64,000 nt of DNA from Alphaproteobacteria bacterium (GTDB lineage: Bacteria > Pseudomonadota > Alphaproteobacteria > GCA-2731375). Under the pieces are notes generated by a model. It was not told where the DNA came from. It saw nothing but the letters and a program-made list of their open reading frames with translations, and made no database searches. The stretch's first letter is position 1. Every line of letters starts with the position of its first letter. Made by a program: the position numbers and the translations under genes. The stretch spans positions 498,658 to 562,657 of the forward strand of contig CBDDBZ010000038.1 in NCBI GenBank assembly GCA_965225945.1, given 5' to 3'. This document shows positions 10,311-21,316 of the stretch, piece by piece.

Positions 10311-11481
10311 TACCAATCGGCATTAATCAGAACTCATGCGCCCATTTACGCCGCCCGATGGACGTGATGTTCCATGGTTGATCGATGAGCTTGTTCCAGG
10401 CTTCGCAGCAGGAGGTGATGATCTGCTCGTCGGATTGGAAGACCAAGTTGGACAGCCAGTTGTCGCGCATGAACTGCCAGATGTTTTCGGTCGGATTGAG
10501 CTCCGGCGAGCGTGGTGGCAGGGGCAGGAGGGTAACGTTGGCGGGGATCTTCAGCTTGTCCGTGGTGTGCCAACCCGCCTGATCGAGGAGCAGGAGGGCA
10601 TGCGCGCGCGCGCCTACCCGGGAGGAGATCTCCTCCAGATGCAGCTGCATGGCCTGGGTGTCGCAGTGGGGGAGCACGAGGGCGGCGCCGACGCCGCGTT
10701 CGGGACAGATGGCGCCGAAGATATAGGCTGATTTGGTGCGCTGGTCATGCGGTGCGCGGGGCCGGGTTCCGCGCCGCGCCCAGCGCCGAGTGATCTTGTT
10801 CTTCTGGCCGACACGGGCTTCGTCCTGCCACCAGATTTCTATCTCGGTGCCGGCGGGCAGGCGCCGGCGGGCTTGCGCCACCAGCTCGGGGAATTTTTTT
10901 TAAAATCCTCGATGACGCCCTCCTCCTGGGCATGGTGGCGCGGACGCGCCGTCATCTTCGTGAAGCCCATCGCCTTCAATTCCCGGCTCACCGTGGTCTC
11001 GTCGAGCGAGATCGCGAACATATCCCGGATCCAGCCCGCCAGATCCTTCAGCCGCCAGCGCACCACGCCGTCGACCGCCGGGTTCGGCCCCGCATCGACG
11101 CGTGCCCCCAGCGCCTGGCGTTGTGCATCGTCGAGCTTCGCCACCGCACCGGGCGCCTTGCGATCGATCAAGCCGTCCGGGCCCTCGGCGTTGAAATGCA
11201 ACACCCAATCTCGGATCACCTGAAGCCCCACGTGGCCGGTCCGTGCCGCATCCGTCCGCCGCCCACCGTCATAGATCACCGCGAGAGCCAAGAGCCGGCG
11301 GCTCTGGCCGGCATCCTTGGAAAGCTTCGCCAAGCGACGCAGCTCCGCCGCATCGAAATCCTCTCGTAACCCGATCGCCGCTCCCATGGTGAACCTCCTC
11401 AACTCCGAATCACCGGAATTGAGTCAGAAATCATCCACCATGGGAATCCTCAAAGTGAGTCTCCCTCAAGGCCAATTGGTA
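10311..11481 (-). mobile_element. IS630-family insertion sequence (about 1171 bp)
   Basis: Imperfect TIRs TACCAATCGGC / GCCAATTGGTA; flanked by TTA on both sides. Confidence 0.92.
10327..11402 (-). CDS. IS630 transposase (HTH ORF plus DDE ORF, probably joined by frameshifting)
   Basis: WWQDEARVGQ, DQAGWH and PPRSPELNPTENIW motifs; TTTT-A8 slippery run at about 10894-10905. Confidence 0.9.
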
Positions 11482-11991
11482 TTAGGCGTTACCCGCGACT
11501 TCTACAAGGCCGTCGACCTCTACGGCCGCTCGGCCGAGGGCGGCAATGTCGTCGCCGTCTTCAATCTGGGCGTCATGTGCGAAAATGGCATCGGTCTAGA
11601 GACGGACCGGGAACGCGCGGTGAAGCTCTATCGCGTCGCCGCCGAGTCGGGCCTCGCCGCCGCGCAGCACAATCTGGGCGTGATGTTGAGCGATGGCCGG
11701 GACGTCGAAGCCGACGACGAGGAGGCGCTGGCCTGGTTCGAGCGCGCCGCGGAGCAAGGCTACGAGCTTTCCGTCAAGAACCTGGCCGTGCTGCGGGCCG
11801 AGGCCGAATAGCGTCGGCGGGCGTTGAACTCGACCGCCCCATCCTAGACCAATGGACATGAACTTCACTCGAGGGCCCCACTTGCCCCGCCGACCACCCA
11901 GGACGGGTAGCCTCGCGGGTCGTTGGGAAGGGGCGTGGGGCGGCACGGGGAGTCGCCCGTCAAGGCTGTTGGTGTTGCGACGACTTCGGAG

Positions 11992-12007
11992 TGGCCCGAA
12001 CCTTGCA
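11992..12007 (+). promoter_or_regulatory. Sigma-54 -24/-12 promoter for flgKL
   Basis: TGGCCCGAACCTTGCA (GG-N10-GC); ftr-like CGGCAGGAATTGCCG downstream at 12135-12149. Confidence 0.65.
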
Positions 12008-12188
12008 GCTGCTTGATCGAACGGCCCCGGCGCGGGCGTATCGATCGAGGGACCGACGGATGAGCGGCACGGAAAGCCCCGAAAAGACCGACCTCGGCGG
12101 CGATTCGACCGAGACCGGGCGAGCATGCGGACGGCGGCAGGAATTGCCGGCGGGCAGGTCGTCTCGAGCGTGGGCGTGAGGATCGGTC

Positions 12189-14300
12189 ATGTCTATCACC
12201 CAGGTCATGCAGTCGGCGGTCAGCGCGCTCAACACCCAGGCGCGCGCCATCGACATCACCTCGAGCAACATCGCCAACGTCAACACCGAGGGCTATGCCC
12301 GTCGGCAGGTGCAGTTCGATCCGTTGGTCATCGACGGCAAGACCGCCGGGGTCGAGTTGGGCCAGGCCCTGCAAGTGATCGACCGCTTCCTCCAGACCGA
12401 ACTGATTGGTGTGTCGGCGGCCACGGGTTTCTACCAAGCCCAGGCGGACCTGCACAGCCGTTTGCAGGACTTCCTCGGCCGCCCGGATCTGGATATGAAC
12501 CTGTCCGCCCGACTCAACGAGGTCTTCGCGGCATTTTCGCAGCTCGCCGTGGAGCCGGACGAGCTCGCTCGCCGCTTTCAGACGTTGGAGGGCCTCATGA
12601 CCCTCGCGACCGAGATCAATCGCCTGAGCGAGCGATTGCACTACCTCAGGGCGGAAGCCGAGACCCGGATCTCCTCTAACATCACCCGGATCAACTCGGC
12701 GCTCGCGCGGATCCACGAGCTCAATCCGCAGATCGCCAACCTCAACCATATCGACGGTGACGCGTCGGCCCTGGTGGATCAGCGCCAGCGTGCATTGAAC
12801 GAGCTCTCCGAGCTGATCGATCTCCACGTGATCGAAAAGAGCGACGGTCAGATCGATATCTTTACCCGCTCCGGCCTGACGCTGTTGGACCGCAACCTCC
12901 GGATGCTGGAATACAATGCCGCCGGCATCGTCGATGCGGCCACCCCCTTCGATGCCATTCGCGTCTTCAGGCTGGATCTGGGCGGCAACAAAATCGGCAC
13001 GGGAGATCCGCTCTATCCGAAACTCCGCTCGGGCGCGCTCAAGGGCCTGATCGACATGCGCGATATCGAGCTTCCCGATCTCGCCGCCAGGATCGGCAAC
13101 ATCTCGTCGATGCTGATCGACCAGATCAATCGCGCCCACAACGCCAGCTCGGCGGTCCCCGCGCCGGCGAGCTTGGTCGGCATCGACACGGGCCTCGCCG
13201 CCGACGATGCGCACGGCTTTACAGGCATCGTCGATTTCGTGCAACTCGCCGCCGACGGCACCCTTCAGGCACAGGCGACGATCGACTTCGCTAATCCCGG
13301 GCTCGTCACTCTCGCCGACGTCGTCGCGGCGGTGAATGCGGCACTGCCGGGCGCCGGACTCGCCCTGGTGGGCGGCGTTCTCACCTTCTCGGCCACCGCG
13401 CCGGGCAGCGGCGTCGCCGTCGTCGACGATGCGACGACGGCGTCGGATCGCGGCGGTCGCGGCTTCGCCCACTTCTTCGGTCTGAACGACCTGATGAGGG
13501 CCGCCGCACCGAGCCATTTCGACACCGGCTTCACCACCGCGGACGCCCATGGCTTCGGCGCCGTCGGCACGGTCGACTTCAGGATCGACGGGCCGGGCGG
13601 CCAGACGATCAGCGCCTATACCCTCGACTTCGCCTCGGGCTTCGTTTCCTTTGGCGACGTCCTGGCCGATCTGAATACCGCGTTCGGCGGCTTCGCGACC
13701 TTCGCGCTCGACGCGAACGGCCGGCTCACGACGACCTTGGCGCCGGCATACGAGAGTTTTCATCTCTCGGTCGGCGCCGACACCACGACGCGCGGCACCA
13801 GCACCCAGACCTTCTCCGAGCTCTTCGGCCTCGGCCGCCGCTTCACCATGGAGACCGCACGCTCGGTCGCGGTGGTGGATCGGATCGCCGACGATCCCGG
13901 CCTCTTGGCCACGGCGGGCGTCGATCTCGCGGCCCCGGCCGGCCAGCCGGTGCTCGTTGTTGGCGACAACGCCGGCGCCATGGCGCTGAAGGCGATCGAA
14001 TCCACCATCCAGAATTTCGGCGCCGCGGGCGGACTGCCGGCCATGATGGCCGAATTGCCGCGCTACGCCGCCTTGATCCTGGGCGGGATCGGCCAGGAGG
14101 CGGCGCGCATCGCCAGCTTGGCGGAAGACCGGAACATCCTACTGGAGGAGATCGAGGCACGGCGCCAGTCCTTCTCCGGCGTCAATCTCGACGAGGAACT
14201 CTCCAACATGATCCTCTACCAGAACGCCTACAACGCGGCCGCGCGGATGATCAAGACGGCCAACGAAATGTTCGACGTCCTGTTGTCGATCGCCAACTAG
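12189..14300 (+). CDS. flgK: Hook-associated protein FlgK
   Basis: SNIANVNTEGYARR N-terminus; SGVNLDEELSNMILYQNAYNAAARMI C-terminus. Confidence 0.95.
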   Translation: MSITQVMQSAVSALNTQARAIDITSSNIANVNTEGYARRQVQFDPLVIDGKTAGVELGQALQVIDRFLQTELIGVSAATGFYQAQADLHSRLQDFLGRPDLDMNLSARLNEVFAAFSQLAVEPDELARRFQTLEGLMTLATEINRLSERLHYLRAEAETRISSNITRINSALARIHELNPQIANLNHIDGDASALVDQRQRALNELSELIDLHVIEKSDGQIDIFTRSGLTLLDRNLRMLEYNAAGIVDAATPFDAIRVFRLDLGGNKIGTGDPLYPKLRSGALKGLIDMRDIELPDLAARIGNISSMLIDQINRAHNASSAVPAPASLVGIDTGLAADDAHGFTGIVDFVQLAADGTLQAQATIDFANPGLVTLADVVAAVNAALPGAGLALVGGVLTFSATAPGSGVAVVDDATTASDRGGRGFAHFFGLNDLMRAAAPSHFDTGFTTADAHGFGAVGTVDFRIDGPGGQTISAYTLDFASGFVSFGDVLADLNTAFGGFATFALDANGRLTTTLAPAYESFHLSVGADTTTRGTSTQTFSELFGLGRRFTMETARSVAVVDRIADDPGLLATAGVDLAAPAGQPVLVVGDNAGAMALKAIESTIQNFGAAGGLPAMMAELPRYAALILGGIGQEAARIASLAEDRNILLEEIEARRQSFSGVNLDEELSNMILYQNAYNAAARMIKTANEMFDVLLSIAN

Positions 14301-14313
14301 GCGGGGTCCGGCG

Positions 14314-15311
14314 ATGACACGGGTCACCAACCTCGGACAGCACCAGGCCCTCCTCCAGAGCCTGATGCGGAATCAGGAAACGGTCTTCGACAGCAACCGC
14401 AAGATAGCCACCGGAAAGAAGGTGACCCGGTTCGACGGCTTGGGCAACGAGGCGCCGAGCCTTCTCGCCACCAAGGCGGTGAAGTCGCGGATCCTGGCCA
14501 CGATCGAGGCCAACCGGCTCGTCGACCAGCGTCTGGAGATGAACAACATCGCCCTCGGCTCGCTGGCGGAGATCGCCGACAGCTTGCGTCAGGTGGTGAT
14601 CACGGCGTCCGGCCAGAATTCGGGCATCGCGCTGATGGCCAACATACGCGGCCTCTTCGAGCGGGCGCTCGACGCGATCAACACCCGCTTCGACGGGCGC
14701 CACATCTTCGCCGGCACCCGCACCGATACGCCGCCCTTCAACGCCGGCAGCGAGGCCGAACTGCTGGCACTGGCGATGACCAGCGACGGCTTCGACAACA
14801 ACCAGAGCTGGCACTGGCGATGACCAGCGACGGCTTCGACAACAACCAGAAAGTGCTCTCGGCGGAAGTCGACGAGGGCCGGACGCTACGCTATGGCGTG
14901 CTGGCGAGCGATATCGCGGAAGGCCTCTTCGACGGCTTCCGCCGGCTGATGCAATTCGAGAACGGCATACTGCCACCCGCCGCGGCGGGCGGCGGCCCGG
15001 CCGGCTCCTTCGACACCGAACTGACGATCGCGCAGCGCGATTTCCTGCTGGGTGAATTGGGCACCATCGCAACCACGATCCAAACGCTGCGCAATGCGGA
15101 GGCGGCGAACGGTGTGCGGATGAACGAACTCGACAAGCTCACCGGCCGCCATGACGACGAGCTGGTCTTCCTCGAAACCTTCATCTCGGAAATCGAGAAC
15201 GTCGACATGGCCGAGGCGGTGTCCAAGTTGACCCAAGATCAAACGGCGCTCGAGGCCGCGATCCAGGTGATGGCGCGGCTGAGCCGAGTTTCGCTACTCG
15301 ATTTCATCTGA
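14314..15311 (+). pseudogene. flgL: Hook-associated protein FlgL, frameshifted by a 44-bp tandem duplication
   Basis: 14763-14806 is identical to 14807-14850; flagellin-like termini (IATGKK; LSRVSLLDFI); follows flgK. Confidence 0.88.
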
Positions 15312-15351
15312 CCGCTCGAGCGTCGGGCCATAAACGACGGAGGAGGCACGG

Positions 15352-16389
15352 TTGAGCGAACGCGACAACGGCCAGTATTGGCACGACTTCGACCTGGTGA
15401 GCGGTGGCGCGGGCTTCATCGGCTCGCACCTCGTGGACGGCCTCAGGGATCGCGGCCGACAGGTCAGGGTGATCGACAACTTCGCGACCGGCGGCCCCCA
15501 CAACCTCGCCCATCGGGCCGACGATCCGGGGCTGGAGCTGAGGCGCCTAGACGTCCGGGACCGGGACGTCCTACGCGAGGCGACGGCCGGCGCCCGGCGG
15601 GTCTTCCATCTGGCGGCGATGGCCGACATCGTGCCCTCGATCCAGCATCCGGCGCACTACTTCGATGCTAACGTCACCGGCACCTTCAACGTCCTGGAGG
15701 CGGCCCGTGCCGCCGGCGTCGAGCGCCTGATCTACGCCGCCTCGGGCTCCTGCTACGGCATCCCCGACCAGTTCCCGACGCCGGAGACGGCGCCGATCCG
15801 GCCGCAATATCCCTATGCGCTGACCAAATTTCTGGGTGAGCAGAGCGTGCTGCACTGGGGCGAGGTCTATGGGCTCGCAGTCACCTCGCTCCGCTTTTTC
15901 AACGTCTATGGGCCCAGGAGCCGAACTTCCGGCGCCTATGGCGCGATGTTCGGCGTCTTCTTGGCGCAACTGCTGGCGGACCAGCCGCTCACCATCGTCG
16001 GCGACGGCACCCAGAGTCGCGACTTCACCTGGGTTGGCGACGTGGTGGCGGCGATCCTGGCGGCGGGCGAGGGCGGGGCCGAGGGCCGGATCCTGAACGT
16101 CGGCTCGGGCCGCGACGTCAGCGTCAACCGGATCGTCGAGCTGCTGGGTGCGCGCCGCGCCGTCCACATCCCCAAGTGACCGGGCGAACCCGACCGTACC
16201 CTCGCCGCCATCGACGAGATCCGGGCCGTCCTGGACTGGGAACCGCGAACCGACATCGAGACCGGGGTCGAGGCCATGCTGGCGAACGTCGGCTACTGGC
16301 GCGACGCCCCTGTCTGGACCCCCGACGGCATCGCCGAGGCCACCCGCGACTGGTTCCGCTACCTCTCGCCCGGGGGGACGATGGGCTAA
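15352..16389 (+). pseudogene. NAD-dependent epimerase/dehydratase with an in-frame TGA at 16177
   Basis: GGAGFIG and YALTK motifs; expected K-R-PGEP reads K-stop-PGEP and the frame continues to 16389. Confidence 0.8.
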
Positions 16390-16455
16390 GTCGGCGCGGT
16401 ATCGGCGCGCGGCGGCGATGATCTGCTAGAATGGGCCGGTCCCGGAGCGCGGCCC

Positions 16456-17262
16456 ATGGCGGAGACGATCATCGATAACGAGCCGACGATCCGGCTCGGC
16501 TTTTTCCTCGGCGTCCTGGCGGTGATGGCAGCCTGGGAGCATCTGGCGCCCCGTCGCCGGCGCTTTCATTCCCGGCTCGCCCGGTGGCCCAGCAACCTCG
16601 GGATCGTCGTCGTCAATGCCGGCCTCGTGCGTCTGCTGTCGCCGCTGGCGGTGGTTGCCACGGCGGAACTGGCGACGGCGAGGGCGTGGGGGCTATTCAA
16701 TCTCGTCGACGTGCCCGGCTGGCTCGCCGGCCTGTCGGCTCTGGTGCTGCTCGATGTGGCGATCTACTGGCAGCATCGGTTGTTCCACGCGGTGCCGTCA
16801 CTGTGGCGTCTGCACCGAATGCATCACGCCGATCTCGACTTCGACGTCACGACGGGTATCCGCTTTCACCCGATCGAGATCCTGCTGTCCTTGGCCATCA
16901 AGCTGGCGGTCGTGGTGGCGATCGGCCCACCGGCCCTGGCGGTATTGATCTTCGAGGTGGGCTTGAACGCGAGCGCGATGTTCAATCACGCCAACGTCGC
17001 CATTCCCTTCGGGCTAGACCGCGTCCTCCGCCTCTTCATCGTCACGCCCGACATGCACCGCGTCCACCATTCGATCCGGCGCGAGGAGACCGACAGCAAC
17101 TTCGGTTTCAATGTCCCCTGGTGGGACCGGCTGTTCGCCACCTACCGAGCCCAGCCGGACGACGGGCACGAGCGAATGGTGATCGGGCTCGAGCGGTTCC
17201 GGACCGCCGCCGATCTCCGCCTCGACGCCATGCTGCTGCAACCCTTCCGGCGCGAGGCGTAG
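16456..17262 (+). CDS. Sterol desaturase/fatty acid hydroxylase family protein
   Basis: His boxes HRLFH, HRMHH, HRVHH. Confidence 0.9.
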   Translation: MAETIIDNEPTIRLGFFLGVLAVMAAWEHLAPRRRRFHSRLARWPSNLGIVVVNAGLVRLLSPLAVVATAELATARAWGLFNLVDVPGWLAGLSALVLLDVAIYWQHRLFHAVPSLWRLHRMHHADLDFDVTTGIRFHPIEILLSLAIKLAVVVAIGPPALAVLIFEVGLNASAMFNHANVAIPFGLDRVLRLFIVTPDMHRVHHSIRREETDSNFGFNVPWWDRLFATYRAQPDDGHERMVIGLERFRTAADLRLDAMLLQPFRREA

Positions 17263-17267
17263 AGGTC

Positions 17268-18077
17268 ATGGCGCGGCGCGCCAGCATGCCGATGTACGAC
17301 ATGGCGGAAATCGCCTCGGCGCTCGACGATCTCTGGGCCGGTTTTGCCTGCAATTTCGCGGCTGAGGGGCTTGCGGACGTTCCGGCGCGGCTCATTCACG
17401 GCCAGGCCTTGCGGACTTTGTGGGACGCTCCCGACGTCTGGTTCTCGCAGTGCTGCGGCCACGATTTGATCGCCCGCTATCGCGGCCGCCTCCAGCCCCT
17501 GGCGACGCCCCGGTTCGCCGTGCCGGAGTGCCGCGGGCGGGACTATGCCAGCGTGATTGTCGTCGCCGAGGATCGCGAAGCCGACGACATCCGCGATTTG
17601 CGCGGCACCCGATGCGTCGTCAACGGGCTGGAATCCCATTCCGGCGCGAACGCGCTCCGCGCCCTGGTGGCGCCGCTCGGTCGCGACGGTCGCTTCTTCA
17701 CCTCGGTGGTGGAAAGCGGCACGCACGCGGCCAGCATCGAGGCGGTCGCCCGCGGCGAGGCGGACGTGGCGGCGATCGACTGTGTCACCCATGCGTTGCT
17801 CGGCCGCTACCGCCCCGAGGCACTCGACGGCACGCGCAAGCTCGGCGTCACCGAGTGGGCGCCGGGCGTTCCCTATGTCACGCCGGCGAGCGAGGACGCG
17901 GAGGTCGTCGCGCGGATGCGCGCGGCGATCCTGCGAACCTTCGACGGGCCGGACTTGGCATCGACGCGGGAGGCCTTGCGACTCGACGGGGTCGAGGCGA
18001 CGGAGGTCGAGAACTATCGCCAAATCGCCGAATTTCGCGATTCGGCGGCGCGCGAGGGCTATCCGGAGCTTCGCTGA
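17268..18077 (+). CDS. PhnD/SsuA/transferrin-like substrate-binding protein
   Basis: ASMPMYD, FSQCCG, NGLESHSG and ADVAAIDCVT motifs. Confidence 0.8.
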   Translation: MARRASMPMYDMAEIASALDDLWAGFACNFAAEGLADVPARLIHGQALRTLWDAPDVWFSQCCGHDLIARYRGRLQPLATPRFAVPECRGRDYASVIVVAEDREADDIRDLRGTRCVVNGLESHSGANALRALVAPLGRDGRFFTSVVESGTHAASIEAVARGEADVAAIDCVTHALLGRYRPEALDGTRKLGVTEWAPGVPYVTPASEDAEVVARMRAAILRTFDGPDLASTREALRLDGVEATEVENYRQIAEFRDSAAREGYPELR

Positions 18078-18176
18078 GTATCCGGCCGAGGCCGGGCCGC
18101 GCGCGGGCGATTGACGGCGCGGCCCGCCCGGCTGATTGTGGCCGTCGCGAAAAACCGACGTACCCGAGGCTCCCGC

Positions 18177-19217
18177 ATGCCCGAACGGCACCTCGCCCCC
18201 TTCGACCATCCCGCCGCCTGGAAGGCGAGCGATTTCGGCGCCAAGGACGATTTCGCCGTCGACCTGGAGGATCGCCATCTTCGCGCGCTGGCGGCGGAGG
18301 TCGATCGCCTCGGCGATGCTCTCCCCGGGCACGACGCGATCGATCGGAAAAGCTTTCCGCTGGCCGCGATCCAGGACGATATTCGGGCCTGGCGGGAGGA
18401 GGTATGGCAAGGACGCGGTCTTCTGCTGCTGCGCGGCTTTCCGGTGGCGGATATCCCGCTCGACCGTCTGCGGCTGATGTATCTCGGTCTCGGCGTCCAC
18501 TTCGGCCGCCCGGTCTCACAGAGCGCCATGGGCGATTTGGTGGGTGACGTGGTCGACGTCGGCGGCAAGGACGAGCGCGAGCGGGCCTATCGCGGCAGCC
18601 GGGCGCTCAATCTCCACACCGATCGCTGCGATCACGTCGCCATGCTCTGCATCCGTACAGCGCTCGCGGGCGGCATCACCGGCCATGCCAGCGCGCTCGC
18701 CATTCACAACACGATCCTGGCGGAACGGCCGGAGCTGTTGGCGCCACTCTACCGGGGCTATTTCCACCATCGCTTCGGCGAGCAGCCGCCGGGCGAGCCG
18801 CCGGTGACGGCCGAGCGTATTCCGATCTTCTCGGTGACCGGCGACTTGCCGAGCGTGATCTACATCCGGGGCTACATCAACCTCGCCGTCGCCGAGGGCC
18901 ACGTCGCCTTGAGCGAACGGGAACTCGAAGCGCTGGATTTCCTGGACCAGGTCGCCAATCGGCCCGAGCTCCGGCTCGACTTCCGCCTCGAGCCGGGCGA
19001 AATGAGCTTTACCAACAACTGCCTTCTGCTGCACACCCGCACCGCCTTCGAGGACTCAGGCGAGCCGGCGTTGAAACGCCACCTGCTGCGCCTCTGGCTG
19101 CGCGAGGACGACCGCCCCATGGCGCCGGGCGTGGTGCTGCACAAGGGCCGGGCCGGCATCGAGGCCCGCCGAGGCAAGGGCACCTACTATACGCCCACGG
19201 GTACGGCTGCCGGCTGA
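18177..19217 (+). CDS. TauD/TfdA family Fe(II)/2-oxoglutarate dioxygenase
   Basis: LHTD and NN..LLHTRTAF..RHLLRLWL motifs. Confidence 0.88.
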   Translation: MPERHLAPFDHPAAWKASDFGAKDDFAVDLEDRHLRALAAEVDRLGDALPGHDAIDRKSFPLAAIQDDIRAWREEVWQGRGLLLLRGFPVADIPLDRLRLMYLGLGVHFGRPVSQSAMGDLVGDVVDVGGKDERERAYRGSRALNLHTDRCDHVAMLCIRTALAGGITGHASALAIHNTILAERPELLAPLYRGYFHHRFGEQPPGEPPVTAERIPIFSVTGDLPSVIYIRGYINLAVAEGHVALSERELEALDFLDQVANRPELRLDFRLEPGEMSFTNNCLLLHTRTAFEDSGEPALKRHLLRLWLREDDRPMAPGVVLHKGRAGIEARRGKGTYYTPTGTAAG

Positions 19218-19241
19218 GCGGCGATCGGCCCTCGAACCTCC

Positions 19242-19814
19242 CTACCGGCACATGAATTCGGGCCAACAGGCGAATGCGCCGTCGGTGATCAGGTTCGAGA
19301 CCTGCAGGTAGATGGCGTAGAACCAACCGAGGAAATAGCCGAGAAAGCCGAACAGGGCCAAGCCGGAGAAAAGGCAAATACGCCAAAGCGGTATCGTGGT
19401 TTTGCGGCCGGGCCGAAAGCGCGACGTCAGGCGGTCGGAGGTCACCGCGGAAATGCAGATTTCGCCCGGACCGGCGCGCCCGCGGAGTCGGTCCGCAAAG
19501 GCGATGTCGCGTTCACTTTCGGTGCCGCTAAGAGCGCCGAGGTTGATGCCGATCGCAAGCGGTGCTTGATCGCTCGATTGCCCACCCTCTTGCACCGCCC
19601 TGGCGAACGCCGTCGCTGCGTCCAGCCGCCCGAAGGTGGCAAGGAGCCTTTCCGGAGAGCTTTCGACGATCACGCCACCGTGGCGCGTCACCATCGAATT
19701 CATTACCACGAAAGGCACTTCGCCCGCGCCGTCGGCCGCGGCCCCGAGCGAGACGATCGCCACCAGGCGCATCGAGAAATCGTCCGGCGAGACGCCGTTT
19801 TGCCGCGTCGCCAT
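19242..19814 (-). CDS. Degenerate class III nucleotide cyclase-like membrane protein
   Basis: HGGVIV, IGINLG and A.RL...A.PGEICIS remnants, followed by a TM segment. Confidence 0.5.
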   Translation of the reverse strand: MATRQNGVSPDDFSMRLVAIVSLGAAADGAGEVPFVVMNSMVTRHGGVIVESSPERLLATFGRLDAATAFARAVQEGGQSSDQAPLAIGINLGALSGTESERDIAFADRLRGRAGPGEICISAVTSDRLTSRFRPGRKTTIPLWRICLFSGLALFGFLGYFLGWFYAIYLQVSNLITDGAFACWPEFMCR

Positions 19815-19828
19815 GTCCTCGGTCCGCG

Positions 19829-21100
19829 TCAAAATTCGAACACCAGGCCCGGCAACCAAACCGCGATCACCGGCAGGGCCAGGAGCAGGGCGATGCCGAC
19901 GAGCTGGGCCCCCACGATCGGCACGATACCCCGATAGATATCGCCGAGCGTGATTCCCGGCGGCGCCGCGCCCTTGAGGAAGAACCGGCGGCGCCGCGCC
20001 CTTGAGGAAGAAGAGGGCAAAGCCGAAGGGCGGCGTCAGGAACGAAGTCTGCAACGTCAGTGCCACCAGCGTGGCCATCCAGAGCATCTGAACCTTGCCT
20101 TCGCCCTTATGGCCTGAGAAATCGAGGCCGGCCAGCACCGGCGCGAACAACGGCAGGGTGATCACCGTGATCTCGATCCAATCGATGAAGAAGCCGAGCA
20201 CGAAAATGAACGAGACGACGAGCACGAGCGTGCCCCAGGCACCGATGTCGAGCCCGGCCAGTGCATTCGCGATCACCTCGTCGCCCCCGAAATAGCGGAA
20301 GGGGTAGGAGAACACCACGGCGGCAATGATGATGAAGAACACCATCGCCACCATCAGCACCGTGGTCTCCACCACCTCGAGTAACAGCCGCCGGGAGAAG
20401 CGACGGTTCACCACCATGAGCAACAGGCCGCCCGCCGCCCCGATGGCGCCCGACTGCGGCGGCGTCGCCCAGCCGAAGATGATGGAGCCCAGGACCAGGC
20501 TGACCAGGCCCACCGGCAGCACCAGGCCCCGGGTCAGGAAGCCGAGCCATTGGCCGAGCGACTCCGGCCTTGCTTCCGCCTCGACCCCGCGCCGCGGCGG
20601 ATCCAGCACGCCGGTGGCGACGTAGTAGACCAGATAGAGGCCTACAAGCACGGCGCCGGGGAGCAACGTCGCCAGGAACATATGGCCGATCGAGACGCCG
20701 AACTGCCCGGCCAGAAAGAACAGCATCACCGCTGGCGGCAGGATGATGCCGACGGTGCCGGCGGCGAGGCTCGGCCGATAGCCCTGGGCCAGCATGGTCG
20801 GGAGCGCAATGAGCGCGAGCGTCACCACCGAGGCGCCGACCAGCCCCGCCGCAGGCGGTCGCGAAGGATGTCCACCCGGACATGGGCGTTGCGGACATAG
20901 GCGAAGCCGAGCGAGAGCACTACCAAGAGGGTGAAGGCTTCCCACTCGATGAATTGCAGGAAGGTCGACGGCGCGTTGAAAATCTTGCGCATCACGATTT
21001 CGTATCAACGCACGCCGATCAGCAGCGGCAACAGCACCACCGCCGAGGCGATGCCGACGAACGCCACCATTCGCTCCAATGCGTTCAAGAGCCTCGACAT
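19829..21100 (-). pseudogene. TRAP transporter small (DctQ) and large (DctM) permeases fused by deletion
   Basis: DctQ start (..NAHVRVDIL) with internal TGA at about 21005; joins DctM (GASVV, LGFFIDWIEI, QTSFLTPPFGFALF) at about 20853; 28-bp duplication at 19957-20012. Confidence 0.8.
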
Positions 21101-21316
21101 GCGTCGTTCGACCTCCTTGCCACGCCATCATCCCGGACGGAGAGTCATCGAGACAAGGGTCGGAGCGCGCGCCACCTCGCTCGCTCGCTCCCTACGCGAC
21201 CGCTTGAAATGCAGATCTGATAAGGGATTGTCCGATCGCGCCGCCGAGGGGGTCGCCGAATCGACGTCGGCCGGCGAACAAGGCGCGACGATTGACGCGA
21301 GGGAGGAGAACGAATT

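Larger units (their letters stand above)
9933..11811 (+). pseudogene. Sel1/TPR-repeat protein split by an IS630 element
   Basis: Sel1 repeats on both sides; removing the IS and one TTA gives in-frame ...LYEKGLGVTRDFYKAVDLY... (234 aa). Confidence 0.9.

Noticed and set aside
19242-21131. 629-aa transporter-cyclase fusion protein
   Set aside because: Artefact of a deletion plus a 28-bp duplication linking three separate genes
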